This document shows positions 62,601-64,000 of a stretch of DNA of 64,000 nt, piece after piece. The position numbers and the translations under genes are program-made. Origin of the DNA: Vicugna vicugna (Eukaryota); NCBI GenBank assembly GCA_013265495.1, contig MU058449.1, positions 186,001 to 250,000 on the forward strand, given 5' to 3'. How positions within the stretch are numbered: the first letter of the stretch is position 1; each line of letters opens with the position of its first letter. The notes beneath the pieces were generated by a model. That model had not been told where the DNA came from. It saw only the letters and a program-made list of their open reading frames with translations, and made no database searches.

Positions 62601-64000
62601 AGGGCCTCCTGCCCCATAGCTTTGGTGATGAAGGGAGATTTTGAGGTAGTTGTGTTATCCTCAACCTCACCTGTCGTGTATCGCCAGAAGCTCCCGGTCT
62701 GTCTTCATTATAATCTACTGCTTTCTCAGTTAACCTCAACTATAGTAATGGTTCTAGAGCCACGGCCTCCCAGGAGCCAAGAAAATGGCCCAGGTGTGCA
62801 TGGGTTCCCTGTGGAGCCCAGCATATGCCAGAGCGGAGATTTTTGAGCAGAAGACAGAAACAAGTCCTCAGTTTTCCTCCTGCTATTTTCCTTAAGGATC
62901 CTGGAAGTTAGGAATAAACAGATAATTTCTTCAATGGAATCTCTTTTACTGTAAAACTATTTTCCTGGGGACATACTGGTTGGTCAAAATAATTAATTTA
63001 CATATATAGTTTTTTCACAAAATTGTTTCAAATTTATAACCACATAGGCTTTAAGTAACAATTTTTGACTTGGCTAAGTATATATAATTCCTAATTTCCT
63101 ATGAGAAAATATACAACTAAGATCTTTCTTTTAATGTTAAAGTTTTCATCATTATAATTTTAAGGTCACAAAATATATCACTGAATGTATATTCCATAAT
63201 TTATTTAACCATTTTCCAGTTCCTGAACAAATGTGTTATTTAATCATTTCAATGATTAGGAAGAAATATGAAGATTAATTCTTTAGGTAAGTGTGACAGA
63301 AATAATAGAAATAAAGAAAAAATAAAATTATGAGCATCTACTGCTCTGAACATGACTGTGCAAAGAAGCTTTGTGATCTCTTACTGCACAACATTCACAT
63401 GGAACTTTTTTCACATTACTGCATTTATTCATGAAAACAACTCTTTTATTCATTAAATTGACTTCTTTCTACACATTAGGTAATCAGTAATATTCTAGTT
63501 ACTAGGAATACAATAAAGCACACAAGGTCCTTCATATTAGGAATATTTCTTGTAGCGTAAAAAGCCAATAATAAATTTTAAAAATTGTAATGTTTCACGA
63601 AATAAGGTTCTTTGATGGAGTTAAGAGGTGATGTAATAGAGACTGACTAGAGGTAGGAAGAGCATAGAAAAAGGATCAGGAGAGAAGTCTGTTGGAGATA
63701 ATGATTAAATTGAGACCTGGATAATAAGAAAACACCAGCCATTCAAAAAGAAATGATGTAAGAAAAAGAAATGATGGAAATAGTACCTTGCACTCCGGGA
63801 GAAAATTCTTGCTAAGTATTGAGGGGGAGAAAAAGGGTAGGATAGCTGAAACAAGGTACACAAAGGGAAGGAGGGTACTTGGGAAGGTAAAAGGAGGCAC
63901 AGGTCTGGTCATTCAGACCTTAGAGATCAAAGAAAAAAGCTTAATTTCAGTCTAAGCACAATAAGATACCATTTTTTTTTCAGCAATGTGTAACTTGATC

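Noticed and set aside
1..64000. Globin genes, CRISPR arrays, operons or other novel multi-gene systems
   Set aside because: I saw no globin exons, repeat-spacer arrays or unexplained long ORFs. The window is accounted for by OR genes, mammalian repeats and AT-rich spacer DNA.

Overview
AT-rich, repeat-laden mammalian DNA from the class I olfactory receptor (OR51/OR52) cluster. It contains four apparently intact single-exon OR coding regions: OR51V1 (+), OR52Z1 (+), OR52A1-like (-) and OR52A5 (+). There is also a small OR51-family pseudogene remnant (-) and a near full-length OR51-family gene that looks recently disabled (premature stop, DRY->DHY). From recalled human synteny, this gene order lies immediately downstream of the beta-globin locus, so HBB should be just off the left edge. 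A strong CTCF motif at 7571-7584 sits where the beta-globin 3'HS1 insulator is expected. A tRNA-derived SINE resembling camelid Vic-1, with no Alu, Bov or PRE-1 SINEs noticed, suggests a camelid. The rest is transposon debris: Tigger1, MER20, L1, L2, MIR, MLT1, ERV LTRs and microsatellites. I see no convincing new multi-gene system. The best leads are the 3'HS1 orthologue, an LTR-like element with 26-bp terminal inverted repeats, and several OR genes at different stages of decay. Gene and repeat family names come from recall, not database searches, and old repeat boundaries are approximate.
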